From positions 1 through 64,000 of the forward strand of contig JWZX01003320.1 in assembly GCA_001275005.1 (NCBI GenBank): a stretch of 64,000 nucleotides of DNA. Direction: 5' to 3'. The stretch comes from Chrysochromulina tobinii (Eukaryota). The position numbers were made by a program, and so were the translations under genes. This document shows, piece by piece, positions 1 through 11,185 of the stretch (positions are counted from its first letter, which is position 1; the number at the start of each line of letters is the position of its first letter). A model generated the notes under the pieces. It made no database searches, had not been told where the DNA came from, and worked only from the letters and a program-made list of their open reading frames with translations.

Positions 1-885
1 GGGCACGGCGGCGGCGGTGATGGTGGCATCAGTGCGGTCGAGGACGTCAAGTTCACGATCACACTCGACAACAGGCCAAGCGAGCTTCAGCGGCTTCGTA
101 AGCCCGTCGCGGGCCAGCTGCTCGCTGATCGCCTCTCCACCGATCCCATGAGCACTCTCACTGAGGCGGCACGCGCTGCCCTGCTCGGCGGCGCGTCAGG
201 CCGCGGCGGCAAAGGCGCCAAAGGTGCCAAAGGTGGCAGAGGAGGTGGTGGTGCTTTTGGTGCGGCGGGGAAGGGCGGCGGGTGGAGCGACGCCAAGGGA
301 AAGGGTGGCTGGTGGGCCGAGAGCGCCGAGATGAGCGCCAAGGGCGGGTGGAGCGCCGAGATGAGCGCCAAGGGCGGGTGGAGCGTCGGCCGCGGCAAAG
401 GCGCCGCGGTGGGCAAAGGCTGGAGCGCGCCACCACCGTCCGCGTGGGCGGCCAATGGCGGTGGATCGGCCCCCGCCGCCAAAGGGGTCGAGCGCTCCTT
501 GAAATGGGTGGCACCGGCCGTCGCGGCAGCAGCAGCCGCGGCAGCGCCCGCAGCGCCCGCAGCACCCGCAGCGCCGGCAGCACCGGCAGCGCCGGCAGCG
601 CCGGCGGCAGGAAGCTCCCCTGCCGCTGCCCCGCCGGCAACGGCGCCCGTGACGGCGCCCGACACGGCGTCCAACGGTCCGAAAGCATCCAAGGTGGCGG
701 GGGGTAGTCAGGGAGGTAGTAGATCCGCGCGTTTCGCCCCGTACCCGCCCCGCCCCTCCGCAGGTGCAGGTGCGAAGCCCAAGTCGCCGACGACCAGACC
801 CGCGGGGTGGAATACGTGGACACCCGCGGCAGTGGCAAGCGCAAACAAGGAGGGTGCCAAGACGGAGACGAAGTCGGCGGCGTAG
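1..885 (+). CDS. 3' part of a low-complexity Gly/Lys/Ala/Pro-rich protein with GGW motifs (open at window start)
   Basis: Frame 1 is open from base 1 to TAG at 883-885. No recognisable domain. Confidence 0.55.
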   Translation, partial: GHGGGGDGGISAVEDVKFTITLDNRPSELQRLRKPVAGQLLADRLSTDPMSTLTEAARAALLGGASGRGGKGAKGAKGGRGGGGAFGAAGKGGGWSDAKGKGGWWAESAEMSAKGGWSAEMSAKGGWSVGRGKGAAVGKGWSAPPPSAWAANGGGSAPAAKGVERSLKWVAPAVAAAAAAAAPAAPAAPAAPAAPAAPAAPAAGSSPAAAPPATAPVTAPDTASNGPKASKVAGGSQGGSRSARFAPYPPRPSAGAGAKPKSPTTRPAGWNTWTPAAVASANKEGAKTETKSAA

Positions 886-1315
886 TACGTAAGCCGTTGA
901 GTTACTGGCGTGTCACAAACCGAGCTGTGACAACTGACAAGTTCAATCGAGTGCCGGACAGATCCAAAGAGTCCGCGAGTTAGGTGTGTGCGGTGGTGTG
1001 CTCTCGGTCTCCTCGCTCTCTCTCTCTCCTCCTCTCGCTCGTCTTCTATCTGAATAAAGGTGACTGGCACGACCTTTTCTTCTGTGAGTGTGGAAGTGCC
1101 CTTTCACACGGTTCCCGACTCCCGATGGCGAAAGACCCCCGTCTACTGAGTCAGCCGCTTTTTTGAGCGTCGCAGGCCGCGCTGGTGGCCCGGCATTTGG
1201 TGCCCGAGGGCTGCGCGTCGGCGCAGGCTCAGCTGACGTACCCGTCCAGCCGCCAGCCAAAGCTCACCGCTGTGCGACGACAAGGAGGAGGTGTTAATAA
1301 CAGCATCCACCTACC

Positions 1316-3791
1316 ATGTCTGGACTCCTTTCGAGTGGACTGGCGGCCGTCACGGGGCCGCCGCGCGAGGTCATAGTGGAGTTGCTGCACGCCGCAGCGC
1401 GCGCACAAGGACTGGGCGCCTATCACCAGCTCGAGTACGCTCTCTCGACGGCCTCTGATGATTGTGTGTGCCGTTCGCTCACCAAGCTTGACGACGTCCT
1501 CACGGCGCTGGTGCATCGCGAGCTCGCGGAAGAGGAATGGGTGGTGTTGCGCCCTTCACGAGCTATCACTGCCCTGAACGCGGCCGTCTTCCGCAGAGGA
1601 CGTCCTGGTAGAGGGTTGCATCTAGATGCTTCGTCACCGTCCGACTTCGTGAGCTCGTACTGCACGCGGGCGGTCAAGGAGCGCCTTGTGGAGCGCCTCA
1701 GTCCGCAGTGCGACGCAGCGCTGTTGGACGCGCACGTGCAGCCAGTCAACCTGTGGATGCTTCTCGAGGGCGATCGGGCTCTGCTACTCCTCCCGGAGCG
1801 TCCCGCCCCGCAGACCGCGTACAGCGCTGGAGAGCTCGAGGCCGTGCAAGAGTCCCTCTGCGCCGCGTTGGCGGCGGGTGCGGACTCGCTGATGCTGGGC
1901 GCGTCGCTGTACCCGCATCGTCTCGAGCCCTCGCACGGGCAGCCGGCAGAGGCACGTGGCTTGCCGGTCCTCCTCTTCGACAGCTGCCGGCTCTACCACT
2001 GCGGGCTCTGTCCGCCCCCGTCGCCAGCGCCCACCACAGCGCTCCCGTCGGCGTCGCCAGCGCCCACCACAGCGCTCCCGTCGGCGTCGCCAGCGCCCAC
2101 CACAGCGCTCCCGTCGGCGTCGGCAAGGGACGAGGATGGAGATGGCGGCCGCGACTGCAGCGGCGGCGGCAACGGCAGCAGCAGCAGCGGCGGCGGCGGC
2201 ACAAGCAGCAGCGGCCGCAGCAGCCGCAGCGCTGACACGCCCAGCCCGGAGCCGCCCAGCACCGCGCCCAGCACCGCGCCCAACACAGCGCCCAGCACCG
2301 CGCCCAGCACCACGCCCAACACAGCGCCCAGCACCGCGCCCAGCACAGCGCTCAACAGCTGGAGTGTCGACTTCCGAACGATCGCCATCCGGCGCGCCGC
2401 CACGAGCTGGGCAGGTGGGCCATTGGATCTCGTCTGATGAGCTCTGATGCGCTCTGATTGCCTCCCTCATCATTGGATCTCGTCTGATGAGCTCTGATGA
2501 GCCATGATTGCCTCCCTCATCAGGTGGGCCGTTGGATCTCGTCGGGCTCGAAGAGTTGCTCTCCACCCCTACCACGCGGATACCTGGCTGTCGGTGGGAG
2601 GGCGGGATGATGACGCCGGCGCCGGCGCCGGCGCCGCTAGCGCCCACCACAGCGCCACCAGCGCCCAGCACAGCGCCGGCGGCGCCCCGAGACTCGACTG
2701 TGGGCGCTGTGGTGGGCGCCGAGGCCCCGTCGGCGGCGGTGGAGCTCGACTACGGGCAGCTCCTGTACCGCACGTACCAGGCGGTGCTGGGGGGAGTGAC
2801 GCTGCACTTTTGGGCGACGAGCGATTTAGAGGACGTCTGCCTGCCTGGGTGCGAGGTCGAGGCCTGCGCGCTGCCGCCGCCGGAGCCTCTCGATGCCGCA
2901 TTGTACGCGTATGACGACACGCCCGGAGAGAAGCTGCGCACGGGGATGGTCTTTGGACCAGTGGTAGCTCTGTGTGCCGCCCTCGACGCCCTACTGACGG
3001 CTCCCGAGCAGTCTCCGCCCGAAGTGACGGAACTGACGGAACTGACGGAACTGACGGAACTGACGGAACTGACGGAACTGACGGAACTGACGGAACTGAC
3101 GGAACTGACGGAACTGACGGAACTGACGGAACTGACGGCTCCTGAGCGGTCTCCGCAGACTGGTGCGCTAGGCAGCACGGCGCGTCGAGGCGGCGGCAGC
3201 GGCTTGCGGCTTCTCGAGCTCGGCGCTGGCGTGGGCTTAGTGGGCTTGTGGGCCGCAGCGAGAGGTGCCCAGGATGGCGCCCAGCGGATAGCCCAGGTGG
3301 TACTCACGGACCGCAACTCTGCCTCTCTCGAGTTGATGAGGCGCAACGCGGCCTTCTTTGCAGAACGCGCCACCACGGCAGCGCCCACCACGACAGCGCC
3401 CACCACGGCAGCGCCCATCGTGCAGGTGAGCGCTCTGGACTGGGCGGGGGCTCACCCTTCCTGGCTGGATGGCAGCTTCGATCTCGTGGCAGCATCGGAG
3501 GCCCTCAACGTCCCCGCCGTCGTGCCGCTCTTTTTTGCGACGGCGGCGGCAGCCCTGCGCGAGGGCGGGCGGCTAGTGCTCGCCATGCAAAGGCGCTCGG
3601 CATGGCGCTCGGGTGTGCTGCTGGGCCGCGAGGTTCTGCCAGCCGCCAAGGCGGTCGGGCTCGCACTCGAGACGCCCGAGGTGGACCTGCGGCAGGGCGC
3701 CGACGCCCGTGACGACGCCCGACTAGGGTGTGAAGCCCAAGCCACGGTTATCCTTACGTTCATCCTTCGTTGTAGAGTTCGAACGGGCTAG
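1316..3791 (+). CDS. Class I SAM-dependent methyltransferase (METTL21/Methyltransf_16-like) with long N-terminal extension; exons 1316-2414, 2524-3791
   Basis: Motifs LLELGAGVGLVGL, VVLTD, LDW, FDLVAASE. Removing GT..AG 2415-2523 joins the two ORFs in frame (WAG|GPLDLVGLEE). Confidence 0.75.
2415..2523 (+). other. Intron, 109 nt: copy of downstream exon start plus module A acceptor
   Basis: Begins GTGGGCCATTGGATCTCGTC, while the next exon begins GTGGGCCGTTGGATCTCGTC. Ends TGATTGCCTCCCTCATCAG and contains a second internal partial unit. Confidence 0.85.
3027..3134 (+). repeat. (ACGGAACTG)x12 tandem array, reading (TEL)12 in frame, within a local direct duplication
   Basis: Read directly. CTGACGGCTCCCGAGCAGTCTCCGC before the array is repeated as CTGACGGCTCCTGAGCGGTCTCCGC after it. 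Confidence 0.9.
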
Positions 3792-4089
3792 TGCTCGGCC
3801 GCGGGGCGGACGGGTCCCGCGGTCCGGTCGCACTCGGGATTTTAGAACCGAACCTCTTACTATGGCAGCTCTATGGTATGTGCTGGGGACACAATGGGGA
3901 CACGTGGTGCTGGCACAAATAGCCTAAGTATAGCGGTACACGACTCCGCTCGTTACCGCGTATCCCGGTAACTCGGTAGCTGTACTTCCAACTTCGCGTA
4001 CACAGCTGTATTCAGATCACATCAATCGCATCCACCCTTCACCGCTTCGCACCGCTTCGATGCCCCACACCCCCTGCCCCCGACGCGCC

Positions 4090-7000
4090 TCAGCCCTCGA
4101 TGCTCCGAGACGCAATCTCAAAGACGTCCTTCGAGACGCCCGGCGTGTCGCGGATGCGCACGAGCTGTGCCTTCATCAGCCCCTGCCGCACCGCGTCGTA
4201 CTTCTTCCAAGCGCTGAAGACGCTGCACAGTCGTGCCGCGACCTGCGAGTTGCGCTGCCCGATCTCGAGCACCTGGCTGCCGATGAACTCGTACCCCGAG
4301 CCGTCGAGGCTGTGGAAGCCCGCCGGGTTGGCATTCGCAAACATGCTCACGAGCGAGCGCACGCGGTTGGGGTTGGTGCTGTCGTAGGCCTCGTGCATCA
4401 TGAGCGCCTTGACCCTCTGCAGAGCGTCCGGTGCGAACGTAGACGCCTGCACGGCGAACCACTTGTTGATCACGAGCGCCTCCTTGTTGTCCTTGGCGCG
4501 CGCGTAAAAGGTGGACGAGACCTCGTCGCGGGCGGCGCCGGGGTAGGGGTCGACTGCCTTGAGCGCTGCCAAGTAGTCCGTCATCGTCGTCGCGTCCTTG
4601 TAGTGGGCAAGGCTGAGCGCGATGCTCTTCTCGTCTCCAATCATCGCGAGGTACTCGAGGCACACGTTGCGCAGGCGGCGCCTGCCGACCGCCTCGGCGG
4701 CGACGGTGAACTTCTCGCCCTTGGGTGGCGCGAGGGCGGTGTACGCCGCGCTGAATTCGGTGCGGAGCTGTGGGGAGGCGAGGGCGCCGTGGTGAGCACT
4801 TGCATGCAAGGCAGCTGAATTCGGTGCGGAGCTGGAGCGCGAGTGAGCGGGTCGGGAGCGCTGTGGTGAGCACTTGCATGCAAGGCAGGCCAGCGGTGGC
4901 AATCCACGTTCCGGAGCGCTGTGGTGAGCACTTGCATGCAAGGCAGGCCATCAGTGGCAATCCACGTTCCGGAGCGCTGTGGTGAGCACTTGCATGCAAG
5001 GCAGGCCATCAGTGGCAATCACGTTCCGGAGCGCTGTGGTGAGCACTTGCATGCAAGGCAGGCCATCAGCATGCAATCTACATACCTGGATCGCGAGCGA
5101 GCGGCGCACGAGGCGGAGGACGCCGACGAGGGCGTCGGGGTCGATGGGCGCCATCTCTTGCGCGAGGACTGAGTAGTCGGGCAACGTGAGCGCGTACGCC
5201 TGCAGCGATGGCTCGAGGCCATTCGCGACCAGCGTCGCGCGAAACGCCTTGATGAACGGCTCGGGCACCTTGAGAGCGTCGCGGGCTGCGGAATCCGGCG
5301 CCTTTTGCCACTGCGTGATGAGCGAAAGGATGACGCGCGACGCGAGCTGCTGCGAGGCATCCCACCGGTTGAACGCGTCGTCGTCGTGCGCGGCGAGCAG
5401 CTCGAGCGTCGCATCGCTCAACGGCATGTCGACCTTGACCGGCGCTGAGAAGCCTCGGAGGAGGGACAGGACAGGCGCCGAGGGGATCGCGTCGAAGGTG
5501 AAGGTTTGGGAGGCCTCGGTGAGCTCGAGCACGCGCTCGTCGAGCAGGCATTTGCCCTGCTCGTCGAGCAGCTTGATCTTGACCGGGATGTGGAACGGCA
5601 GCTTCGTGGGCTGGCCGGGGGTGGCAGGCGTCGACTGCGAGAGGGTGAGGGAGTAGGACTTCTTCGGCGCATCGTACACCCCTACGGCCTTGACGGTAGG
5701 TGTGCCCGCCTGTTGATACCAGCGCTCAAACTGCGTCAGGTCGCGCCCGTTGGCGTCGGCCATGGCGGCGCGGAAGTCGTCGCACGTGACCGCCTGCCCG
5801 TCGTGGCGCTCAAAGTAGAGATCCATCCCCTTGCGGAATCCGGCCGCGCCGAGCAGGGTGTGGTACATCCGAATCACCTCGGAGCCCTTTTCGTACACGG
5901 TGACCGTGTAGAAGTTGTCGATGGCGAGGTAGCTCTCCGGCCTGATCGGGTGTGCCATCGGCCCCGCGTCCTCCACGAACTGGTGAGCGCGCATCACGCG
6001 CACGTCCTCGATGCGCTTCACCGCCGCGGAGGTCATATCTGCCGAGAAGCCCGAGTCGCGGAAGACGGTCAGCCCTTCCTTGAGCGTGAGCTGGAACCAG
6101 TCGCGGCACGTGACGCGATTGCCAGTCCAATTATGGAAGTACTCGTGCCCCACGACGCCCTGTACGCGCTCAAAGTCAGCGTCCGTCGCGGCCGAAGGCT
6201 TGGCCAGCACGCACGAGGTGTTGAACACGTTGAGGCCCTTGTTCTCCATCGCTCCCATGTTGAAGTCGTTGACCGCGACGATGTGGAACACGTCGAGATC
6301 ATACTCGCGCCCGTACACGCGCTCGTCCCACCTCATGGCGTCCTTGAGCGACGTCATCGCCCAGTCGAGCTGGTCGACGTTCTCGGGCTCCGACCAGATC
6401 TTGATGTCCACCTTGCGACCCGAGCACGTCGTGAACGTGCTCTCGATCTTCTGGAGCTTGGCGGCCACGAGCGCGAACAGGTAGCACGGCTTTTTGAACG
6501 GGTCTTCGAAGGTCGCCCAGTGGCGCCCGCCCGCGAGCTCGCCACGCGCCGTCTCGTTCCCGTTCGACAGCAGCACCGGGTGGAGTTCCTTGTCGGCTTC
6601 GACGCGCACCGTGTATTTTGACATGACGTCGGGCCGGTCGAGGAAGTACGTGATGCGACGGAAGCCGACCGCCTCGCACTGCGTGCAGTAGTTGCCCGAG
6701 GTCTTGTACAGCCCCGAGAGCTGAGTGTTGTCCTGCGGCTTCGTCGCGACTACGATCGAGAGATCGAAGCTCGTTGTGGGCGGCGCCAGCACGGTCAGGC
6801 CCTCCTCGGCCCCGAGGACGTAGTCCTGGCCCTCCACGAGCTTCTTCCCATTGATCGTGATGGACCGGAGCGTGAGCTGCGACCTCTCCCCATCGAGATA
6901 GAGTGGCGGCGGGCTCGTCTTCGGACCAGTCATCTTGAGCTCCGACGTCACCACTGCCTCCTCCTCTGTGAGGATGAAGTTGAGAGAGACCGTCTCGATC

Positions 7001-7152
7001 TGGTACGGAGATGGTTGGTACGCAGAGCGAAGCACCTTCTTGACCTGCTTGCCCTCGGGCTTTGAGCGGTAGCGACGATAGAAGTAGTACGCCGCCGCTG
7101 CAGCTGCGGCCGCGGCAGCCGCGGCCACGACAATCTTTGACTTTTCTTGCAT
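4090..7152 (-). CDS. pepN: M1 family alanyl aminopeptidase (PepN type), about 914 aa; exons 7152-5086, 4767-4090
   Basis: GAMEN and HEYFH(x18)E zinc motifs, C-terminal NPNRVRSL...NSQVAARL region, and a hydrophobic N-terminal anchor-like segment. Splicing 5085-4768 is phase 0 (LAIQ|LRTEF). Confidence 0.93.
4768..5085 (-). other. Intron, 318 nt: tandem module B units plus a copy of the exon-exon junction
   Basis: GTATGT...CCCCACAG. Five copies of GCATGCAAGTGCTCACCAC. Junction copy at 4814-4850. Confidence 0.88.
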
Positions 7153-7326
7153 CGCGGCCGTTTTCGTGAAGCCTCGTCTGCGTTGTGAAAAGTTTGTGAA
7201 ATTGAATCTGCGGTCGGGTCCCCGATTCGACATTCGCTGAGACACGCTGCCATAGGAGACACGCACGCGACTTGAAGCCACGACGGCGCGCGTGCCGCGG
7301 GCTGCCACGTCGCGACAGAAACACCA

Positions 7327-7624
7327 ATGGCGACCGTCGCCGAGACCGTGACCGGCATGGCTATGTCCGTCGTTACGTCCGTGTACGCGAAAATGTGGGG
7401 CGAGGTGCGCTGCTCGTCCGCCGGCTCATCCAGTCGCGCGGCCGAACCCCACGCCCGACAGCACCGCTGCGTTTGCTTCTTTCCTGACGCCGGTCCGCTC
7501 GCCTCCAACGGTGCAGGCTGTCCCTGAGCAGCAGCGGCTAACGGTCCAGCTGTTCCGCAATAGCTTCTACTTCACCACCTCGATTATCCTCATTGCCAAG
7601 TACGGCGAATTCGTGTGCCCTTGA
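7327..7624 (+). CDS. 61-aa tail-anchored microprotein resembling plant TOM5; exons 7327-7404, 7517-7624
   Basis: GAG|GTGCGC...GTGCAG|GCT splice gives MATVAETVTGMAMSVVTSVYAKMWGE|AVPEQQRLTVQLFRNSFYFTTSIILIAKYGEFVCP*. The W..EQ..L.R...F...I.L...YG(D/E) pattern recalls plant TOM5. Confidence 0.6.
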
Positions 7625-8390
7625 GTGCGCCATGCACCCGCCGGTGGTGTGCCACATGCGGTTACTGAGAGCTAGAGGTGCCGAGAGGCGTGTGACCCAC
7701 GGTCATGTACACTTAAGTTCCGGCGAAAAGAGTGGCGGCGTCGCCTAGTTCCGTTTTCGTGGCGGCTGCCAGTCGCTGCTCCGCCCGATGGCGAGTATTG
7801 AAGCTGGTCGCCTCGCGCAAGTCTAGAGACTAGACGAGACACTAGACGGCGGTGTGAACGGAACGCGATGCCCGGAGTGCAGCTGGCAGGCTGGGCCAGC
7901 AATCGTATGAGAAAATCCAAGAAGCGAAGCGGACCCCACTGGGGGAGAGACAGGTGACAGCGACGCACACGCGACCAGCATTCGACCCACGCCCCCGCCG
8001 GCGCCCAAGAACGCGATGTGGGTGCTGCGTGCTGGCAATTGTGGGTGCTGGGTGGCCAGAGCCATGAAGCGATATTTCTGTGTCACGCCCGTGCAAGCGC
8101 GCGAAACCCCACAACGCACGAGTGCCCCACGGATCGTTCGGTCTGGGGGCGGCTCCAAACGCGAACCCCGAACGCGAAGATGATGGCGCATCTAAGCGCC
8201 GGTCTCGCGGTCTGACTCTTCGACTCTTGACACTTGAGTCGATTTTTTGAACTGCCTTGCAGGGCTAACCACACCTCGATACCTCGACAACCGACAATCA
8301 GCCTCAACGTGCGGCGCATGCAAATTTCATGCAACAGAGTTTTTACTTCTGAAACGAAATCCGCACGCGGCGGCCTGAAACGTGGTGGGC

Positions 8391-10469
8391 ATGACGGAGC
8401 TCAGCCATCTGCTTTCCTCTTGGTTCAGCAACGACGTCGTCCCAGAATCGGTGCTTCACGGCGCGCATCATGGTCGTATCGGTCCGCCACCCTGCGTCAA
8501 GGTCGTGCCGTCGATCCTGGAGCTGCGCACGCCGCTGCCACACGAGAGCGGGACGGTAGGGTGTGCATGCACGGCAGACTCAAAAGCACCATACTTGGCC
8601 GCTGCACCACCCGGGCACGTACCGCGCCTGAGCACTACGGACGCCAAAGCACTCCGCGTCTTCTTCCTCGATGGGCACGTCGGGCCCATGAACGACATGC
8701 TCGCGACGTTGCACGAGACGATTGGCGTGTCCACGGAGAACGTGGAGGGCATGGTGTTCCTTCAAGGGATGCTCGTGCGCAGCGCTATCGACAAGCGCTT
8801 CTTCAAATGCCGCTTATGCAACCTGGGCATGAATACAAGCCGCGAGATCGTGTCGTGGTTGCTGCAAAAGCCCAACCAAGGACGGACGTTCACGCTGCCC
8901 GAGTGTGAGAGGAAGCGCTGCCGGGAGTCCATCCACAACGACGAGACGCGCCGCGACTTTGCGCGCCTCTTCGGCCGGATCATCGAGGCCAAGTACGACG
9001 TGGTTGCATGCAACTTCCCGACATGGCAGTGCAGCCTCTTCATGTACGTCAACGTGGCCATCATCATGCGCTACACGCACCGGTACGACCATCACCTGCA
9101 GCAGATCCAGCTGGGCAAGCCTCATCGTGCAAGCGCGTGTCTGCTAAACAAGGGATCCACCTCGATGGCCGAAGAGGCCACGCACGTCGTCCGCCACATG
9201 GCGAGCATGCCCAACGTCGTGCTCGCCGCCTCGAATGCGTACGACTGGCTCTACCTTCGTCGGAACATAGGGGTCGCCGCCGTGCCGTGGCCTGGCCTCT
9301 CCGTGCAGCTCTCGCGCGTTCGGTACACCGGCGGCTCACCCTCTGGCCGTCGCGAGGTGCTCTTCTGCTGTGGCTCCTCCCCTTACAATAAGCCGATTGC
9401 GCAGTGGGCCGAGCTCATCGTGAACGCGAGCCGGCGCTTCATGCCTCTGATCCGAGAGCAACACCTTAATAACCGAGTGCATGCTCCAACCAAGGTTCCA
9501 CTGGGAGAAGGTCTCGCGATGGTGGCTCCGTTCGATGGCCACTATCGGATCAGCGGCTCCATTCAATTCGCGTGGCTCAATGATCTGTATCCCAAATCTT
9601 TTCACTGCAAGCGTGTCAAGGTGAGTGCGGCGAGCGCCACAGGAACGAGGGGTACTGTTGAGCCCACCGAGGCCGCAGCAAGTGCACATCCAAAAGCGTC
9701 CGCGGAGAGACGTCTTGAGGCCAGCGCCCCGGGGGAAGAACTATGGGCTATGAGCGATGGGCTGCGAGCTATGGGCGCGTCAAAGACGATGGAAACCGGC
9801 AAGGCTGCCATGCGGCATGCCAATTCCATGGGCAGGGTGGGGAGAGACAAGGGAGTCTTGAAGAGGAGTAAGCTTCCCAAGTCGCCCAAGGGACAGGTGG
9901 AGACCCAATGTGGGTACAAGTATGAGGACGTCGCGTCGCATCCGCTCGCCGTGCTGCTGCCGTACTCGGTGCACTCGTACGGCCTCGTGCAGGCGTACAG
10001 TATGGGAATCCCGATCGTGGCGCCGTCCATCGAGCTGCTCTCGAGCTTGCATGCAGCCACGGGCGTCATGGGCCACAAAGGGCCGGGAAATGTGCCGTGG
10101 CGTAGCACGAAGGAGCAGCCGATCAAGCACTGGCTCGTGAGCACGCCTGGCTTGTGGTTCGTGGCCGACCCCACGCCGGGCGCTCCCTGCTGCGCCAACG
10201 AGCCCAACGATGCGTGTAACAGCCACGCGGCTGGGGCTTGGTTGCAGTTTGCGGATTGGTACGTATGGCCTCACGTGCAGCTGTACAGCACTCCCGAGGA
10301 GCTCGTCGTGATCGTCGATCTGCTCCTGCGCAACGCGACGCTGCGCAATGAGATCAGCGCGGCGCAGAAGGCGTATTTTGCGTCCGAAATGCGCCGAACA
10401 GACGGCCATGTGCGGGTGGCTCTCCACCGGGCCCTCAGAGCAACCAAGAAGACCCCTATCAACCCATAG
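8391..10469 (+). CDS. Hypothetical protein of about 690 aa, possibly glycosyltransferase (GT-B)-like at the C-terminus
   Basis: Long intronless ORF. The segment LLPYSVHSYGLVQAYSMGIPIVAP is reminiscent of a GT-B nucleotide-sugar binding loop (weak). Confidence 0.6.
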   Translation: MTELSHLLSSWFSNDVVPESVLHGAHHGRIGPPPCVKVVPSILELRTPLPHESGTVGCACTADSKAPYLAAAPPGHVPRLSTTDAKALRVFFLDGHVGPMNDMLATLHETIGVSTENVEGMVFLQGMLVRSAIDKRFFKCRLCNLGMNTSREIVSWLLQKPNQGRTFTLPECERKRCRESIHNDETRRDFARLFGRIIEAKYDVVACNFPTWQCSLFMYVNVAIIMRYTHRYDHHLQQIQLGKPHRASACLLNKGSTSMAEEATHVVRHMASMPNVVLAASNAYDWLYLRRNIGVAAVPWPGLSVQLSRVRYTGGSPSGRREVLFCCGSSPYNKPIAQWAELIVNASRRFMPLIREQHLNNRVHAPTKVPLGEGLAMVAPFDGHYRISGSIQFAWLNDLYPKSFHCKRVKVSAASATGTRGTVEPTEAAASAHPKASAERRLEASAPGEELWAMSDGLRAMGASKTMETGKAAMRHANSMGRVGRDKGVLKRSKLPKSPKGQVETQCGYKYEDVASHPLAVLLPYSVHSYGLVQAYSMGIPIVAPSIELLSSLHAATGVMGHKGPGNVPWRSTKEQPIKHWLVSTPGLWFVADPTPGAPCCANEPNDACNSHAAGAWLQFADWYVWPHVQLYSTPEELVVIVDLLLRNATLRNEISAAQKAYFASEMRRTDGHVRVALHRALRATKKTPINP

Positions 10470-11185
10470 GCGCTGGCCACGCCCCCATGCGCACGCCGGA
10501 GCGAGCTTGCGAGACACAGCTGGGCCAAGCTGGGGCACCCCAGAACGTTCGATCTCCGACAGGTCGAGAGGACTTTGAGGCTTGGTCACCGGCTCACCGC
10601 GTGGAGGTTCTCCGTACGGATCGAGAGATTTCGCGATCGCGACACTGTGTGTGTTGCGGGGGCGCCGAAGTCGTGGGTGCTATGTGCAGATTGCAGTCGA
10701 GTCGAGAGAGGGTGTGAGAGACGGTTTATGCAGGCGGGCCAATTCTTAACTAAGATATCCGGATTCGGATAGTCCACTTATATATACATGTAGTGCGGGG
10801 CATGAGGCGACACCTTAACTGAAAATCGTCTGAAGGTTTTTGACGAAACTCGATTGAGAGCGCAGAGGTGCCCCCTGCTCTCCCATTGTGATCTCAAAAC
10901 TTTCAGAATTGTGTGTGGAAATCCCATACTCAAGTTAACAGGGAAGTGCCCCACCTGAGACTCGAACCTATAGAGTCAGACCCAGGTGAAATCAGCTCAG
11001 GAGAAACCACTGTCTGACTCTCCCGTTGTCCAGTCTCCCCACCCTCCCCTCAATAGGGTACACCAACAGCACGAACTCAATCATGTATCCGGATAATGAA
11101 GATAAACTTAAAGATGAGCCGTGTGCGACGCCGACGGCCGTGCGCCATCAACGAAAAACTCGAGACGACGCTCTCGTGCGGAACA

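Noticed and set aside
4855..5070. Regularly spaced repeats resembling a CRISPR array
   Set aside because: The spacers are near-identical rather than unique, the array lies inside a spliceosomal intron, and there are no cas genes.
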